Position numbers and translations under genes: made by a program. Shown here one piece after another: positions 9,606-20,847 of a stretch of 64,000 nucleotides of DNA (position 1 is the stretch's first letter; each line of letters begins with the position of its first letter). The stretch comes from an uncultured delta proteobacterium. Lineage in GTDB: Bacteria > Desulfobacterota > Binatia > UBA9968. Location of the stretch: positions 64,001-128,000 of the forward strand of contig CAVSLC010000002.1 in assembly GCA_963728565.1 (NCBI GenBank), written 5' to 3'. The notes beneath the pieces were generated by a model. That model was not told the DNA's origin and did not search any database. It saw only the letters and a program-made list of their open reading frames with translations.

Positions 9606-10782
9606 CCAACGCGGCCATTTTGGCCCATATGGTGGGCGCTACGTCGCCGAAACACTGATGCCGGCTCTCGTGGAGCTGGAAGCGGCTTACGGCAAGGCGC
9701 GTCGTGACTCCGCCTTTCGAAAAATGTTTCATCTTCACCTGCGGGAGTATGCCGGTCGGGAAACTCCGCTCTACTTTGCTGAACGGCTCACCGAGAAATT
9801 GGGTGGCGCCAAGGTATATCTAAAACGGGAAGATCTTTGTCACACTGGCGCCCATAAGATCAACAATACCATCGGCCAGATTCTGCTGGCCCGGCGAATG
9901 AAAAAGGCCCGGATCATCGCGGAAACCGGCGCGGGGCAGCACGGCGTCGCCACCGCAACCGTAGCCGCGCGATTCGGCATGCAATGCGAAATTTTCATGG
10001 GAAAGGAAGACGTCGCTCGACAGTCGCTCAACGTTTTTCGGATGAAGCTTCTTGGCGCGAAGGTGCGCGTCGTCGAATCGGGCAGCAAGACCTTGAAAGA
10101 CGCGATGAACGAAGCATTACGCGATTGGGTGACAAATGTTTTCGACACGTACTATTTGATCGGTTCCGTGGCCGGCCCTCATCCGTACCCGATGATGGTG
10201 CGCGATTTTCAGTCGGTGATCGGGCAAGAAGCGCGCCGGCAGATATTGAAACAGGAAGGCAGACTCCCTGATTGCCTGGTTGCATGCGTCGGCGGCGGCA
10301 GCAACTCCATGGGATTATTTTACCCCTTCGTCAACGATCGAAATGTGCGGATGGTCGGTGTCGAGGCAGCCGGACGCGGGCTGAGCAGCGGCAAGCACGC
10401 GGCCTCGGTCCTTGGCGGCGAGGTGGGTGTGTTGCATGGCAGCAAGAGCTATATCTTGCAAGATGATGCCGGACAGATCCGCGAGACCCATTCGATCGCT
10501 GCCGGATTGGACTATCCGGGCGTCGGACCCGAGCTGAGCTATTTAAAGGATCTGGGTCGAGTGGAGTTTGCGTCGGCGACCGATCGCGCGGCGATGGAGG
10601 CGATCCAGTTTCTCGCTCAGGTCGAGGGAATCATCCCCGCGCTGGAAAGCGCTCATGCCATCGCCGCCGTGATGCAGCTCGCGCCGCGATTAGGGAAACG
10701 TAAGACAATCTTGGTTAATTTATCCGGCAGGGGTGATAAAGATATGGGCACCGTGGGAGATTACCTGGGAGTGAAGTTGTAG
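9559..10782 (+). CDS. trpB: Tryptophan synthase beta subunit
   Basis: [42 protein letters not shown]. Confidence 0.97.
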   Translation: MKKSNTSSAQLKKLPDQRGHFGPYGGRYVAETLMPALVELEAAYGKARRDSAFRKMFHLHLREYAGRETPLYFAERLTEKLGGAKVYLKREDLCHTGAHKINNTIGQILLARRMKKARIIAETGAGQHGVATATVAARFGMQCEIFMGKEDVARQSLNVFRMKLLGAKVRVVESGSKTLKDAMNEALRDWVTNVFDTYYLIGSVAGPHPYPMMVRDFQSVIGQEARRQILKQEGRLPDCLVACVGGGSNSMGLFYPFVNDRNVRMVGVEAAGRGLSSGKHAASVLGGEVGVLHGSKSYILQDDAGQIRETHSIAAGLDYPGVGPELSYLKDLGRVEFASATDRAAMEAIQFLAQVEGIIPALESAHAIAAVMQLAPRLGKRKTILVNLSGRGDKDMGTVGDYLGVKL

Positions 10783-10870
10783 GCACCGTGGATCGTGCTT
10801 GCCACAGCTCTTAGCGCCGCAGAATCGCCCCCAGTAAGCTTTCCGCTCAACCTAGCAAACTTTATTCAGG

Positions 10871-11692
10871 ATGAGTCGAATACAAAAAAAATTCTCGCAG
10901 CTTAAAAAGGCCGACGAAGCGGCGCTCATTCCGTTTATCACGGCCGGAGATCCGGATCTCCAGACCACACTTGCAATAATGCGCGCCCTTGAAGCGGGTG
11001 GCGCCGATTGCATCGAGCTGGGAATTCCTTTCTCCGATCCAACTGCGGACGGCCCGACGATCCAACGCGCGTCCGAACGTGCGTTGAAAAATCAGCTTAC
11101 TCTCACCCAGATTCTGCAAATGCTTCGGCGATTCCGCTCCACTTCCGAGATTCCGGTAATTCTCTTTGGTTATTTCAATCCATTTTTTAGATTCGGCTTA
11201 GAAGAGTTTTCCCGCCAGTCGGCGCGAGCCGGAGCCGACGGTGTTCTCTGTGTCGACCTGCCGCCGGAAGAGGGCGAGGAGTTGAAGCGTTGGACTGATG
11301 CAGACGGAATCGACTTGATTTTTCTCTTGTCTCCGGCCAGCGGCAAGGCGCGATTAGAACTTGTGGCTCGAAAGGCCCGCGGTTTTATTTATTACGTATC
11401 CGTGACCGGAGTCACTGGAGCGCGGCGATCCCTGGATGAGCAGCTGCGTTCTCAGATAGCCCAAGTGCGACGGATGACGGCGATTCCAGTCGGTGTTGGA
11501 TTCGGCATTTCCACTCCGCAGCAAGCCGCATGGATCGTTGAATTCGCCGATGCGGTGGTTATTGGCAGCGCGCTGGTTGAAACTATCGAGCGCGCCAGCG
11601 GGAGCTTGGCCAAGGCCCAAGCCGCCGGAGATTTTGTCTCGAAGATCAAACGCGCGATGAAAAGATCCCGCAGTAACGGTCGAAAACGCTAG
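10871..11692 (+). CDS. trpA: Tryptophan synthase alpha subunit
   Basis: ELGIPFSDPTADGPTIQ, GFIYYVSVTGVTG, VGFGIS. Confidence 0.97.
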   Translation: MSRIQKKFSQLKKADEAALIPFITAGDPDLQTTLAIMRALEAGGADCIELGIPFSDPTADGPTIQRASERALKNQLTLTQILQMLRRFRSTSEIPVILFGYFNPFFRFGLEEFSRQSARAGADGVLCVDLPPEEGEELKRWTDADGIDLIFLLSPASGKARLELVARKARGFIYYVSVTGVTGARRSLDEQLRSQIAQVRRMTAIPVGVGFGISTPQQAAWIVEFADAVVIGSALVETIERASGSLAKAQAAGDFVSKIKRAMKRSRSNGRKR

Positions 11693-11742
11693 AGTCCCGG
11701 TTCCGACCGGCGCCCCCCTCTCCCAGGTGAGTATCAAACCCT

Positions 11743-13047
11743 ATGGATGCCTACCTAGAAACTCTGAATCGAATTTATAACCTGCGCGGCGGCATTATCG
11801 ATTTGCGCCTGGAGCGGATGGAACGGGCGCTGGCGCTGTTTGATCATCCGGAGAAAACATTTCCTTCAGTTCACATTGCCGGCACCAACGGTAAAGGATC
11901 GACTGCCGCGATGCTGCATCGAATCCTCTGCTGCGCCGGTTATCGCACCGCGCTCTATACCTCTCCGCATTTGGTCTCCTTCACCGAACGCATGCGCATC
12001 GGCGACGAAGAGATTACGCCGGATGAAGTTGTCGCGCTCGCCAACGAAATTTGGCGCCGAACAGAGCCGGCTAATATTCTCTTGACGTTTTTTGAAATCG
12101 TAACGGTCATGGCATTGGTATTTTTTGCCCGCCGGCAGGTTGAGCTGGCAGTGATCGAAGTCGGGCTTGGCGGTCGATTCGATGCCACTAATCTAGTTCG
12201 CTCAATCGTATCCGTGATCACGACGATTTCTAAAGACCATGAAGCGTTTCTCGGCTCTGACATAGCTTCCATCGCGCGGGAGAAGGCCGGCATCATCAAG
12301 AAAGGGGTTCCGGTCGTCTGTGGCACTCTGCCGCGGGAAGCTACGGAGGTAATCGAGGAGATAGCTCGTAAGAACCGAGCTGCAAGCTACCGATTGGGAC
12401 AAAACTTCAGTTTAAAGTTGAAAAGTAACGGCGCTTTCGACTATAAGAGTGCGAAATGGAATTTGCCGGATCTCGCAGTGGCGCTGCGCGGCGCGCATCA
12501 AATTCGTAATGCCGGTGTTGCCACGGCGGCGCTGGAGGTCATTGACGATCGATTCCCCGCCAGCGAGGTAGCAATACGTTCTGGTTTGCAAAGTGTATCA
12601 TGGCCTGGACGGATGGAAGTGATCTTAACGGATCCGACCGTGATCATTGATGGCGCGCATAATAGGGAAGGCATTGACGTTTTAATCGATGAACTTCGCC
12701 AGTTGCGGGGCGGCCGACGAATAAAAATGTTGTTTGCCGTGATGGAGGATAAGGACTGGCGATTCATGCTGGACACTCTGGCAGGGGTCGTGGATGAGAT
12801 CGTTTTTACTCGAGTCAGTCAACTGGAAAGGAGCGCTGACCCGGCTCAGTTGCAACAGCAAGTGGCTGGCAAACTGCAGTCTCAGGTTATTCCGGATCCC
12901 CGTTTAGCTGTCGAATCTCTCGTCCAAAGCGCCGCACCCAACGACGTGATCGTCATCACAGGATCGCTTTACCTGCTTGGCGAAGTACGCCCTCTGCTCA
13001 CAACCATGGCACAGACAAGACAATCTGGGCACAGTAACCGCAACTGA
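11743..13047 (+). CDS. folC: Folylpolyglutamate synthase/dihydrofolate synthase
   Basis: HIAGTNGKGST, YTSPHL, EVGLGGRFDATN, DGAHN, TGSLYL. Confidence 0.95.
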   Translation: MDAYLETLNRIYNLRGGIIDLRLERMERALALFDHPEKTFPSVHIAGTNGKGSTAAMLHRILCCAGYRTALYTSPHLVSFTERMRIGDEEITPDEVVALANEIWRRTEPANILLTFFEIVTVMALVFFARRQVELAVIEVGLGGRFDATNLVRSIVSVITTISKDHEAFLGSDIASIAREKAGIIKKGVPVVCGTLPREATEVIEEIARKNRAASYRLGQNFSLKLKSNGAFDYKSAKWNLPDLAVALRGAHQIRNAGVATAALEVIDDRFPASEVAIRSGLQSVSWPGRMEVILTDPTVIIDGAHNREGIDVLIDELRQLRGGRRIKMLFAVMEDKDWRFMLDTLAGVVDEIVFTRVSQLERSADPAQLQQQVAGKLQSQVIPDPRLAVESLVQSAAPNDVIVITGSLYLLGEVRPLLTTMAQTRQSGHSNRN

Positions 13048-13066
13048 GTTCTCCCGGCCGTAGAAA

Positions 13067-15388
13067 ATGAAGCCAAGAAGGGTTCTTCTCATCAATATTT
13101 TCGCGCTGTGGTGTTTGTCCGCAGGCGCAGGTTATGGGCAGGCACAAACAACCCGGCGAGATAGCGGCTCGGACGATCAAATAAACGTGACCGCTGACAA
13201 GTTGACGGTCAGCGAAAGCGGCGCTCAGATCGAAGCCAGCGGCAACGTCGAGATCGAGCGCCAAGGAACCACACTCAAGGCCGAGCAAATTAATGTAAAC
13301 CGGACCACTCAAGACATCGAGGCGACAGGAAATATTTCGCTGGACGATCCCGAATGGAAAATAAATTCGGCAGAGTCCATACGGCTAAACCTGGGAAACG
13401 AAACCGGCGAAATTACCAACGCCGATCTATTTATTGAACAAGGGCACATCAGCATAAGCGGGCGCCGATTTCAGAAGTTGGGCGGCCAGACCTATCACGT
13501 TGATGAAGGCTTTTTTACCACCTGCCTGTGCGAATCGGGCCCGGCGCCGTGGAAGTTTTCAGCTGAACAACTCGATCTGACAGCGGGTGGCCTGGGGACG
13601 GTCAGAAACGGCTATTTCTATATTTATGACATCCCGGTTTTTTATCTCCCTTACGGGTTTTTCCCGTTGAAGACCGAGCGGCAAACCGGTTTCCTGTTCC
13701 CAAAACTCGGCACTTCGACGGAAGAAGGTTTCCGTTTTCAGCAGCCTTTCTTCTGGGCTCTCTCCAAAAGCACCGATACCACATTGGCGTTCGATTATCA
13801 GAGCGAGGCGCGCTACGGTTTTTTGAACGAATTCCGCACGCTCTTTGATCGTGACTCCGATTTCCTCTTACAAACCAGTTATTTCAACGAACGATGGCGC
13901 AACCAGCGGTCCATTGCCGATCCGACTATCGCGGACCCGGAGATTCCCATTGATCGCTGGGGAGTCAGGGGAACGCATCGTTATGACTTCGCTTCAAACT
14001 GGCTGACCTATAGCGACATCGCTGCTTACGGAGACGATCTATTTACAAGAGAGTTGGTGGAACGCTTCGACCTTTCGCCGACCGTGCAAGGCGACATTCG
14101 AAGCAGCCGTTATGCCACTTCTAGATTCGGGGTTTTCAGGAGCTGGGGAGACACTCATCTACAAGGCGAATGGAATTTTTATCAGGATTTCGTCCAGCCG
14201 GATGCGATGACTTTGCATCGAACGCCGCAAATATCATTTTGGGGAAGAAAAGGCTTGGAGGATTTTCCGTTGGAAATGCGCTGGCGCGCGGAAGGGGTGA
14301 ACTATATCCGGAGACAAGGCGGCGATGGCATGCGTTTGGATCTTCGGCCGGAACTTCTGCTGCCGCTGCGCACGTCATCTTATTTATTCGGCTCGTTGTC
14401 GATCGCGCCGCGCCAGACGCTCTACCACCTCTATGAGACGGTCCAGTCCTCCGACCACAATGTTTCCCGTGAGCTTGTTGAAATCCGTGGCAATATCGGC
14501 ACATCGCTGGGTCGGGTATTTCGATGGAGCGGCTTAGGACTCAGCAGAATCAAGCATGTGGTTGAGCCCGAGTTGAGCTATCTGTTTGTCCCCGGTACCG
14601 ATCAGAGTCGAATTCCAATGATGGACGGCATCGATCGAGTTCGCCGCAGGAACGTTGTTACCTTCGGCGTAACGAATCGCTTCTTAGGCAAACCTATCAG
14701 TCCCCTAACAGTTCTCGACGCTGATCAACGGGTCGAACCCCTCAATGTCGGTCTCGGCGGCGATGTGCGCTATATGGGATCTTTGAGATTTGCGTTAACC
14801 TACGACATCGACAAAGAACGAAAAGGCGGCGATGCCCTCTCCGACTTGGATATCAACTTGCTTTTTACCCCGACAAATTATCTCAGCTTTAATTTTGATG
14901 GCGGATTTGACCCCGGACCCTGGGACGTAACTCAAGCGCGGGCGAATGTGACGCTTAGCGATCCTCGACCACCGACACGTCTCTATTTGGACGCAGACTT
15001 TAACCGGCCTAACTCAATCAGCATCGGTTACCATTACCTGAGCAGGGGTGTTAATGGCTTCTTGGCCGAGAATGCCAATGTCGACTGTATCGACAACCCG
15101 ACGGATCCGGCTTGCCCATCGGTTGTGAACAAGACCACCGTTGGCAATCTGGTTTTGGGAGGTCTCTATCATCTCACGGATCACCTGTTAACGAACGTCA
15201 ATACGACATACGATGCGCGAGAAAACCGCTTCTTAAACGTTCGAGCCGCCGCTAAACTTCTATCCCGCTGCGAGTGTTGGACTTTAACGTTGGGGATACA
15301 CCGCGACATCAACCCTGCCAAAACTACCTTCAATTTCGCGGTGAGCTTGCTCGGCCTAGGTGGGTCTGAGCAGAGTTCACTGCGATGA
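13067..15388 (+). CDS. lptD: LPS-assembly outer-membrane protein LptD
   Basis: Signal peptide, OstA-like N-domain (INVTADKL...IEASGNV), FTTC, P.FYLPY...RQTGFLFP, HVVEP, C-terminal C.CW beta strands. Confidence 0.85.
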   Translation: MKPRRVLLINIFALWCLSAGAGYGQAQTTRRDSGSDDQINVTADKLTVSESGAQIEASGNVEIERQGTTLKAEQINVNRTTQDIEATGNISLDDPEWKINSAESIRLNLGNETGEITNADLFIEQGHISISGRRFQKLGGQTYHVDEGFFTTCLCESGPAPWKFSAEQLDLTAGGLGTVRNGYFYIYDIPVFYLPYGFFPLKTERQTGFLFPKLGTSTEEGFRFQQPFFWALSKSTDTTLAFDYQSEARYGFLNEFRTLFDRDSDFLLQTSYFNERWRNQRSIADPTIADPEIPIDRWGVRGTHRYDFASNWLTYSDIAAYGDDLFTRELVERFDLSPTVQGDIRSSRYATSRFGVFRSWGDTHLQGEWNFYQDFVQPDAMTLHRTPQISFWGRKGLEDFPLEMRWRAEGVNYIRRQGGDGMRLDLRPELLLPLRTSSYLFGSLSIAPRQTLYHLYETVQSSDHNVSRELVEIRGNIGTSLGRVFRWSGLGLSRIKHVVEPELSYLFVPGTDQSRIPMMDGIDRVRRRNVVTFGVTNRFLGKPISPLTVLDADQRVEPLNVGLGGDVRYMGSLRFALTYDIDKERKGGDALSDLDINLLFTPTNYLSFNFDGGFDPGPWDVTQARANVTLSDPRPPTRLYLDADFNRPNSISIGYHYLSRGVNGFLAENANVDCIDNPTDPACPSVVNKTTVGNLVLGGLYHLTDHLLTNVNTTYDARENRFLNVRAAAKLLSRCECWTLTLGIHRDINPAKTTFNFAVSLLGLGGSEQSSLR

Positions 15389-15596
15389 CCTGTAAAGCAC
15401 TGACTGTTGTTGAAAGCTTCTGTGCTTCGATATTGCCTTGTTTAGAGGAGTTCGCTCTGTGAAACGACGGCGCTGCAGTAGAGAGGATAGTTCCTCGTAC
15501 ATAAAAACCTTTCTTCAGTTACAATCTCTCATTTGAATATGGTATGGAAATGAGGCAGCACAATCCTCACAAAATCAAAGGACCATCCAAGCACTA

Positions 15597-16535
15597 ATGC
15601 CAACTCATGTCGTCATCACCGGCGCCGCCGGCTATTTGGGATCGGTTTTGTGCGAGCATTTGCTCGCGGCTGGATATCGAGTGACCGCAGCGGATGGGCT
15701 CATTTATCGCCAAAGAAGCTTGTTTCATCTCTGCGCCAGTCCTCAGTTTGATTTCATCGTCGGAGATGCGCGCGATGAGCAGTTGATGCGCCGGCTGGTT
15801 AAAGATGCGGACGTGCTTATTCCTCTGGCGGCGATCGTCGGCGCGCCGGCATGCGATCGCGATCCATGGCTGGCTCGTTCGGTCAACCTTGAAGCCATTC
15901 GACTGCTTGCGCGTTTGCGCAGCAACGATCAGTTGATCGTCTATCCAACCACCAACAGCGGCTATGGCACCAAATCGGGAGATGTCTTTTGTACCGAGGA
16001 CACTCCACTCGAGCCGATTTCGCTTTATGGACAAACCAAAACCGATGCCGAAGCGGAGATCCTGGAAAGGACCAATACGGTCACGCTCCGCCTTGCAACG
16101 GTTTTCGGCATGTCGCCTCGCATGCGTCTTGATCTGCTGGTCAATCACTTTGTCTATGCCGCCGTCACGGACGGTTATATTGTGATCTTCGAAAAAGATT
16201 TCAAGCGAAATTACATCCATATACGCGACGTCGCGGATTGTTTTATTCATTGCATCGAAAACAGCAAGAAAATGGCGGGCCGGCCGTATAACGCCGGGCT
16301 CGATAGCGCCAATCTTTCAAAAGAAGCGCTGGCTTTAAAGATTAAAGAATACGTGCCTAACTTTTACATCCACTTCGGTCAGGTGGGAACCGATCCCGAT
16401 AAGCGCAATTACATCGTCTCGAACCAACGCCTGCGGGATGCGGGCTTCGAGGCCAAGCGCTCATTAGACTCAGGTATCCAGGAGTTACTGAAGGGGTATC
16501 GCATGATGGGCCGCGCTGAGTTCGCTAATATTTAG
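15597..16535 (+). CDS. Extended SDR resembling GDP-D-glycero-alpha-D-manno-heptose 4-dehydrogenase (C. jejuni Cj1427/WcaG-like)
   Basis: TGAAGYLG, IPLAAIVGAP.C, YPTTNSGYG, YGQTK, RLATVFGMSPRMRLDLLVN, DPDKRNYIVSN; adjacent to hddC/gmhB/hddA. Confidence 0.75.
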   Translation: MPTHVVITGAAGYLGSVLCEHLLAAGYRVTAADGLIYRQRSLFHLCASPQFDFIVGDARDEQLMRRLVKDADVLIPLAAIVGAPACDRDPWLARSVNLEAIRLLARLRSNDQLIVYPTTNSGYGTKSGDVFCTEDTPLEPISLYGQTKTDAEAEILERTNTVTLRLATVFGMSPRMRLDLLVNHFVYAAVTDGYIVIFEKDFKRNYIHIRDVADCFIHCIENSKKMAGRPYNAGLDSANLSKEALALKIKEYVPNFYIHFGQVGTDPDKRNYIVSNQRLRDAGFEAKRSLDSGIQELLKGYRMMGRAEFANI

Positions 16536-16566
16536 ATTTTGGTTTAAGGGCTGACGAGAAATCGTA

Positions 16567-17319
16567 GTGGTGCAGGAAGTCAGCGCTTTTTCAGATCTCA
16601 GCGTGGCAGTGCTCGCAGGTGGATTAGGAACACGGTTGCGTCCGGTGGTCTCGGATCGGCCAAAAGCACTGGCGGAGATTCATGGACGCCCTTTTTTGCA
16701 ATATTTGTTGGACCAGTTATCAAACGCAGGATCTTCTCGAGTTGTGTTATGTACCGGACATCTGGGAGAACAGATCGAGCAAACATTTGGCAAAAGATAT
16801 CGAAAATTGCAGATTTCATATTCCCGGGAAACGCGGCCTCTAGGCACGGGCGGCGCTCTGCGATTGGCTTTGCCGTATCTTCTGTCCGATCCTGTTCTGG
16901 TCATGAACGGAGACTCGTTCTGCGCCACGGATTTGAGGAGCTTGTGGGCTTGGCATTGTAACCGCGGTTCCCAAGCGACGATGTTGTTGGCCGAGGTGCC
17001 GAACACAGAGCGTTACGGCTCGGTAAAGATTGATTCTGACGGCGCGGTGACCCAATTTGTCGAAAAAAAACAAGGCGGTTCAGGGTCGATTAACGCCGGC
17101 GTGTATTTGCTTAGCCGTCAGGTTATCCGCTCGATCGCCGAAGGTACAGTTGTTTCACTGGAACATGACGTTTTCCCCAGCCTGATGAACCACGGGCTTT
17201 ATGGTTATCAGGAGCGGGGACGTTTTCTCGATATCGGCACGCCGGAGGATTTTGCTGCCGCCGAACAATTTTTTGCGGCGATCAATGAACGTGAAACGGC
17301 GGTTTGTAGTACTCGATAG
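16567..17319 (+). CDS. hddC: Heptose-1-phosphate guanylyltransferase (HddC-like nucleotidyltransferase)
   Basis: LAGGLGTRL...RPK, PLGTGGA, NGDSF, INAGVY, FLDIGTPED; context. Confidence 0.8.
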   Translation: MVQEVSAFSDLSVAVLAGGLGTRLRPVVSDRPKALAEIHGRPFLQYLLDQLSNAGSSRVVLCTGHLGEQIEQTFGKRYRKLQISYSRETRPLGTGGALRLALPYLLSDPVLVMNGDSFCATDLRSLWAWHCNRGSQATMLLAEVPNTERYGSVKIDSDGAVTQFVEKKQGGSGSINAGVYLLSRQVIRSIAEGTVVSLEHDVFPSLMNHGLYGYQERGRFLDIGTPEDFAAAEQFFAAINERETAVCSTR

Positions 17320-17849
17320 GGATGGCACAATCATCGAAGAGGTGTCTTACCTGTCGGATCCGAAACAGATTGCGCTGATTCCCGGGGCGGGCAAGGCGCT
17401 CCGGGATCTCGTGTGCCATGGGCTTCGGGCTGGTTGTCATTACCAATCAATCGGCGGTCGGACGGGGATATTTTGATGAAGCGCAGTTGACGCGGATTCA
17501 TGACAGGTTTTTAGAGATGCTGCGTGCTGAAGAGATAACTCTCGATGGTCTCTATTTTTGCCCGCATACTCCTCAAGACCAATGTTTCTGCCGTAAACCG
17601 CGCACTGGATTAATCCAAAAGGCATCGGAAGATTTGAACTTTGATTTGTCAGGCAGCATTGTTATTGGTGACAAGTTGAGCGATATCGAGATGGGTTGCC
17701 GGGTTGGAGCTTTGACGATGCTGGTACGCACGGGCTATGGGGCTCAAGTAGCTTCTGAGCAGAAGGTTGCGGCGGATTACATCGTCGACGATTTGCCCGC
17801 AGCCGTGGAAGTCATCGACAGGATCTTTAGAAAGGTGCGTGATCAATGA
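17285..17849 (+). CDS. gmhB: D-glycero-D-manno-heptose 1,7-bisphosphate phosphatase; 1-nt insertion near 17410
   Basis: LDRDGTI in one frame; VITNQS, FCPH...CFCRKP, IGDKLSD in the next frame. Confidence 0.85.
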
Positions 17850-18919
17850 TCATTAGCAGGACGCCATTTCGTATTTCTTTCTTTGGTGGTGGCACCGATT
17901 ACCCTGCATGGTACCGCGACCACGGCGGCACGGTGCTGGGCGCAACCATCGACAAATACTGCTATCTCACCTGCCGTTATCTTCCGCCGTTTTTTAAACA
18001 TAGGATTCGCGTTGTCTATTCGCAGATTGAAAATTGCCAGATGGTCGATGAAATCGCTCATCCCGCCGTGCGTGAAGTGCTGCGTTACTTGCAAATTGAT
18101 CGAGGCGTGGAGATTCACCACGATGGTGACCTTCCGGCTCGGAGCGGCATGGGCTCGAGTTCTGCCTTCACGGTGGGTTTGTTGCACGCCCTGTACGCTC
18201 TCAAGGGACAGATGCCGACCAAGCGACAACTGGCGGCGGAAAGCATTCAGATCGAACAGGAGATGATCAAGGAAACCGTCGGTTCGCAGGATCAGGTTTT
18301 GGCGGCATTTGGCGGATTCAATCATGTGGTTTTTTCCCAAGACGGTGAAATCACCGTCAAACCGATTACGTTATCAGGGGATCGCCTGCGCGAGTTAAGC
18401 TCTCATCTAATGCTTTTCTATACAGGAATAGAGCGCACCGCCTCGGATGTTGCCGGCAGTTATGTTGCCGATGTCGACGGAAAAAGAAGCCAATTGCGCA
18501 TCATGAAAGGTCTGGTCGAAGAAAGCCTCGCAGTCCTAAATAATGGGCGGGATATAACTGCTTTTGGCACTCTCCTGGACGAGGGATGGCAAGCCAAGCG
18601 CAGCCTGAGCGCGAGAGTTTCAAACAGCTACGTCGATGAGCTCTATGCGCACGCGATCGCGAACGGCGCTCTCGGGGGAAAGCTGCTGGGCGCCGGTGGC
18701 GGAGGTTTCATGCTCCTGTTTGTGCCTCCGGGCAAGCAGAATCAAGTCAAAGAGGCGCTCAAGAAGCTTATATCGGTCCCGTTTCATTTTGATTTCTCTG
18801 GGAGTCAAATCATTTTCTACGATCACGAAAAGGATTACTCGGCCGAAGAAAAAATTCGCGATTCACGGGAATACGATTTCATCGGCGAACTGAATGACCG
18901 ATTGGACAGAGATTTGTAG
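17846..18919 (+). CDS. hddA: D-glycero-alpha-D-manno-heptose-7-phosphate kinase (GHMP family)
   Basis: MIISRTPFRISFFGGGTD, DLPARSGMGSSS, GSQDQ, GGKLLGAGGGG. Confidence 0.88.
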   Translation: MIISRTPFRISFFGGGTDYPAWYRDHGGTVLGATIDKYCYLTCRYLPPFFKHRIRVVYSQIENCQMVDEIAHPAVREVLRYLQIDRGVEIHHDGDLPARSGMGSSSAFTVGLLHALYALKGQMPTKRQLAAESIQIEQEMIKETVGSQDQVLAAFGGFNHVVFSQDGEITVKPITLSGDRLRELSSHLMLFYTGIERTASDVAGSYVADVDGKRSQLRIMKGLVEESLAVLNNGRDITAFGTLLDEGWQAKRSLSARVSNSYVDELYAHAIANGALGGKLLGAGGGGFMLLFVPPGKQNQVKEALKKLISVPFHFDFSGSQIIFYDHEKDYSAEEKIRDSREYDFIGELNDRLDRDL

Positions 18920-18967
18920 ACGGAACGAGCGACAGGCTTGGCTCCCGCGATTTCTATTCGTTAATAA

Positions 18968-19904
18968 ATGGAGAAGGACGCGAGAATCTTTGTTGCGGAC
19001 GATCATGGACTCGATCGGAGAGGCCATCAGAATACGGTTGAGAGCGGACGGCTATGAGAATCTTCTCGGCGATCCTGGAAGACCTTCGTTAATCGATGCC
19101 CGAGAGGTCGAAGCTTTTTTCTCACGGACTATGCCCGAATACGTTTTCGTCGTGGGCGGCAAGTCGGGCGGCATCGGCGCTAATCAAAAGCTCCCGGCGG
19201 ATCTGATGCTGAATAACCTGCTTGTGGATTGCCATGTCCTAGATAATGCGTACCGTTGCGGCGCCAAAAAATTGCTTTATATGGGCAGCTCCTGCTGCTA
19301 CCCGCGAGCTTGCTTGCAACCGATGCAAGTTTCGTCTTTGATGACGGGAGTTCTGGAGCCTACTAACGAGGCTTATGCGACCGCCAAGCTTGCCGGGATT
19401 AAATTGAGTCAAGCATATCGGCAGCAACATGGCATCGATATGATCAGCGCCATTCCCGCCAATGTCTTTGGACCCGGCGATGACTTCGGCGTCGAGGACT
19501 CGCATGTGATTGCCGCCTTGATGGTGAAAATGCATCAGGCAAAGCTTTCCCAAGCGGATAATGTCGAAGTCTGGGGATCGGGTTCGCCGCGCCGGGAATT
19601 TATTTATGTCGCCGACGTCGCTGATGCAGCCATTTTCTTGATGCACCATTATAGCAGCTCAGTGCCGATCAATCTGGGAAGCGGCTCAGACGCGTCAATC
19701 AGGGAGATTGCCGAGCTGATTAAAGAAGTAGTCGGGTACTCCGGAGAGCTACGCTTTGACCCGAAGAAGCCAGACGGTATGCCGTTGAAGTCGCTGGACT
19801 CCAGCGAGCTTTTCGCTCTTGGGTGGCAGCCAAAGATATCTCTGCGTTTAGGTCTGGAAAAAACCTACCGGTGGTACCTCGAGACCTGTCACAGGAATAT
19901 ATAA
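18968..19904 (+). CDS. GDP-L-fucose synthase-like (Fcl) 4-keto-sugar epimerase/reductase; 1-nt insertion near 19012
   Basis: MEKDARIFVA (ATG 18968) joins IGEAI...GGIGAN...GSSCCYP...EPTNEAYATAK...WGSGSPRREF...KPDGMP. Confidence 0.8.
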
Positions 19905-19908
19905 CCTC

Positions 19909-20847
19909 ATGAACGAACGTATTTTTAGATCTCTATATCGGATCCGCCGTGTGGAGGAAGAAATTGCCCGGATTTATCCCACCGATAAGATCAAGAGTCC
20001 CGTGCACCTCTCAATCGGTCAGGAGTGGATAGCCGTGGGTGTGTGCGAGGCTTTGCGGCCCGACGACATCGTCTTTGGCAGTTATCGAAGTCACGCGTAC
20101 TATTTGGCTAAAGGCGGCGACTTAAAGAAAATGTTCGCTGAGCTTTACGGCAAGGCTACAGGGTGCGCGAAAGGAAAGGGTGGGTCGATGCACCTCGTTG
20201 ATGTCGCTCACGGCGTCATGGGAGCCTCGGCAGTCGTCGGAACGACTATTCCAAATGCTGTGGGCTATGCGTACGCCATGAAACTACAGAAGAGAAACAA
20301 TGTCGTCGTGAGTTTTTTTGGCGATGGAGCGACCGAGGAGGGGGTTTTTTACGAGAGCCTTAATTTCGCCGCTCTGAAGGAGCTCCCGGTGATTTTTGTC
20401 TGCGAGAATAATTTTTATGCTATCCATACTCATATATCGCTTCGTCAGAAAACCCCGAATCCGTGCGATAAAGCCAAAGCCCAAGGCATCGTAGCCGAGC
20501 AGATCGGCGATGGCGATACGCGGCGGCTCTATGACCGGATTAATGCCGCGGCGGACCTCATGCGCGCCGGCCGGAGTGGGCCGTGTTTTTTTGAATGTCT
20601 TACATATCGCTGGAAGGAACACGTCGGGCCGAACGAAGATTTCGATTTGGGTTACCGGAGCCGGCAAGAAGCGAGCCCGTGGCTCGAACGAGACGCGTTG
20701 CCGCGGATTGAATGTCTTCTGTCAGCGGAAGCTTGTAGCCGCTTGAAAACCGAAGTGGAAGAGGAAATCAGTGCGGCCATCCGCTTTGCGGAGGAAAGCC
20801 CGTATCCACAACCGGAGGAGTTATATATGGATGTGATCGGGGACTAA
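19909..20847 (+). CDS. ThDP-dependent dehydrogenase E1 alpha-like subunit
   Basis: HLSIGQE, YRSH, GKGGSMH, FGDGA...N ThDP motif, TYRWKEH. Confidence 0.9.
   Translation: MNERIFRSLYRIRRVEEEIARIYPTDKIKSPVHLSIGQEWIAVGVCEALRPDDIVFGSYRSHAYYLAKGGDLKKMFAELYGKATGCAKGKGGSMHLVDVAHGVMGASAVVGTTIPNAVGYAYAMKLQKRNNVVVSFFGDGATEEGVFYESLNFAALKELPVIFVCENNFYAIHTHISLRQKTPNPCDKAKAQGIVAEQIGDGDTRRLYDRINAAADLMRAGRSGPCFFECLTYRWKEHVGPNEDFDLGYRSRQEASPWLERDALPRIECLLSAEACSRLKTEVEEEISAAIRFAEESPYPQPEELYMDVIGD

Noticed and set aside
18894-18967. ORF-track start of the Fcl-like gene
   Set aside because: The family-typical N-terminus (MEKDARIFVA) begins at 18968 in another frame, so this extension results from a frameshift.
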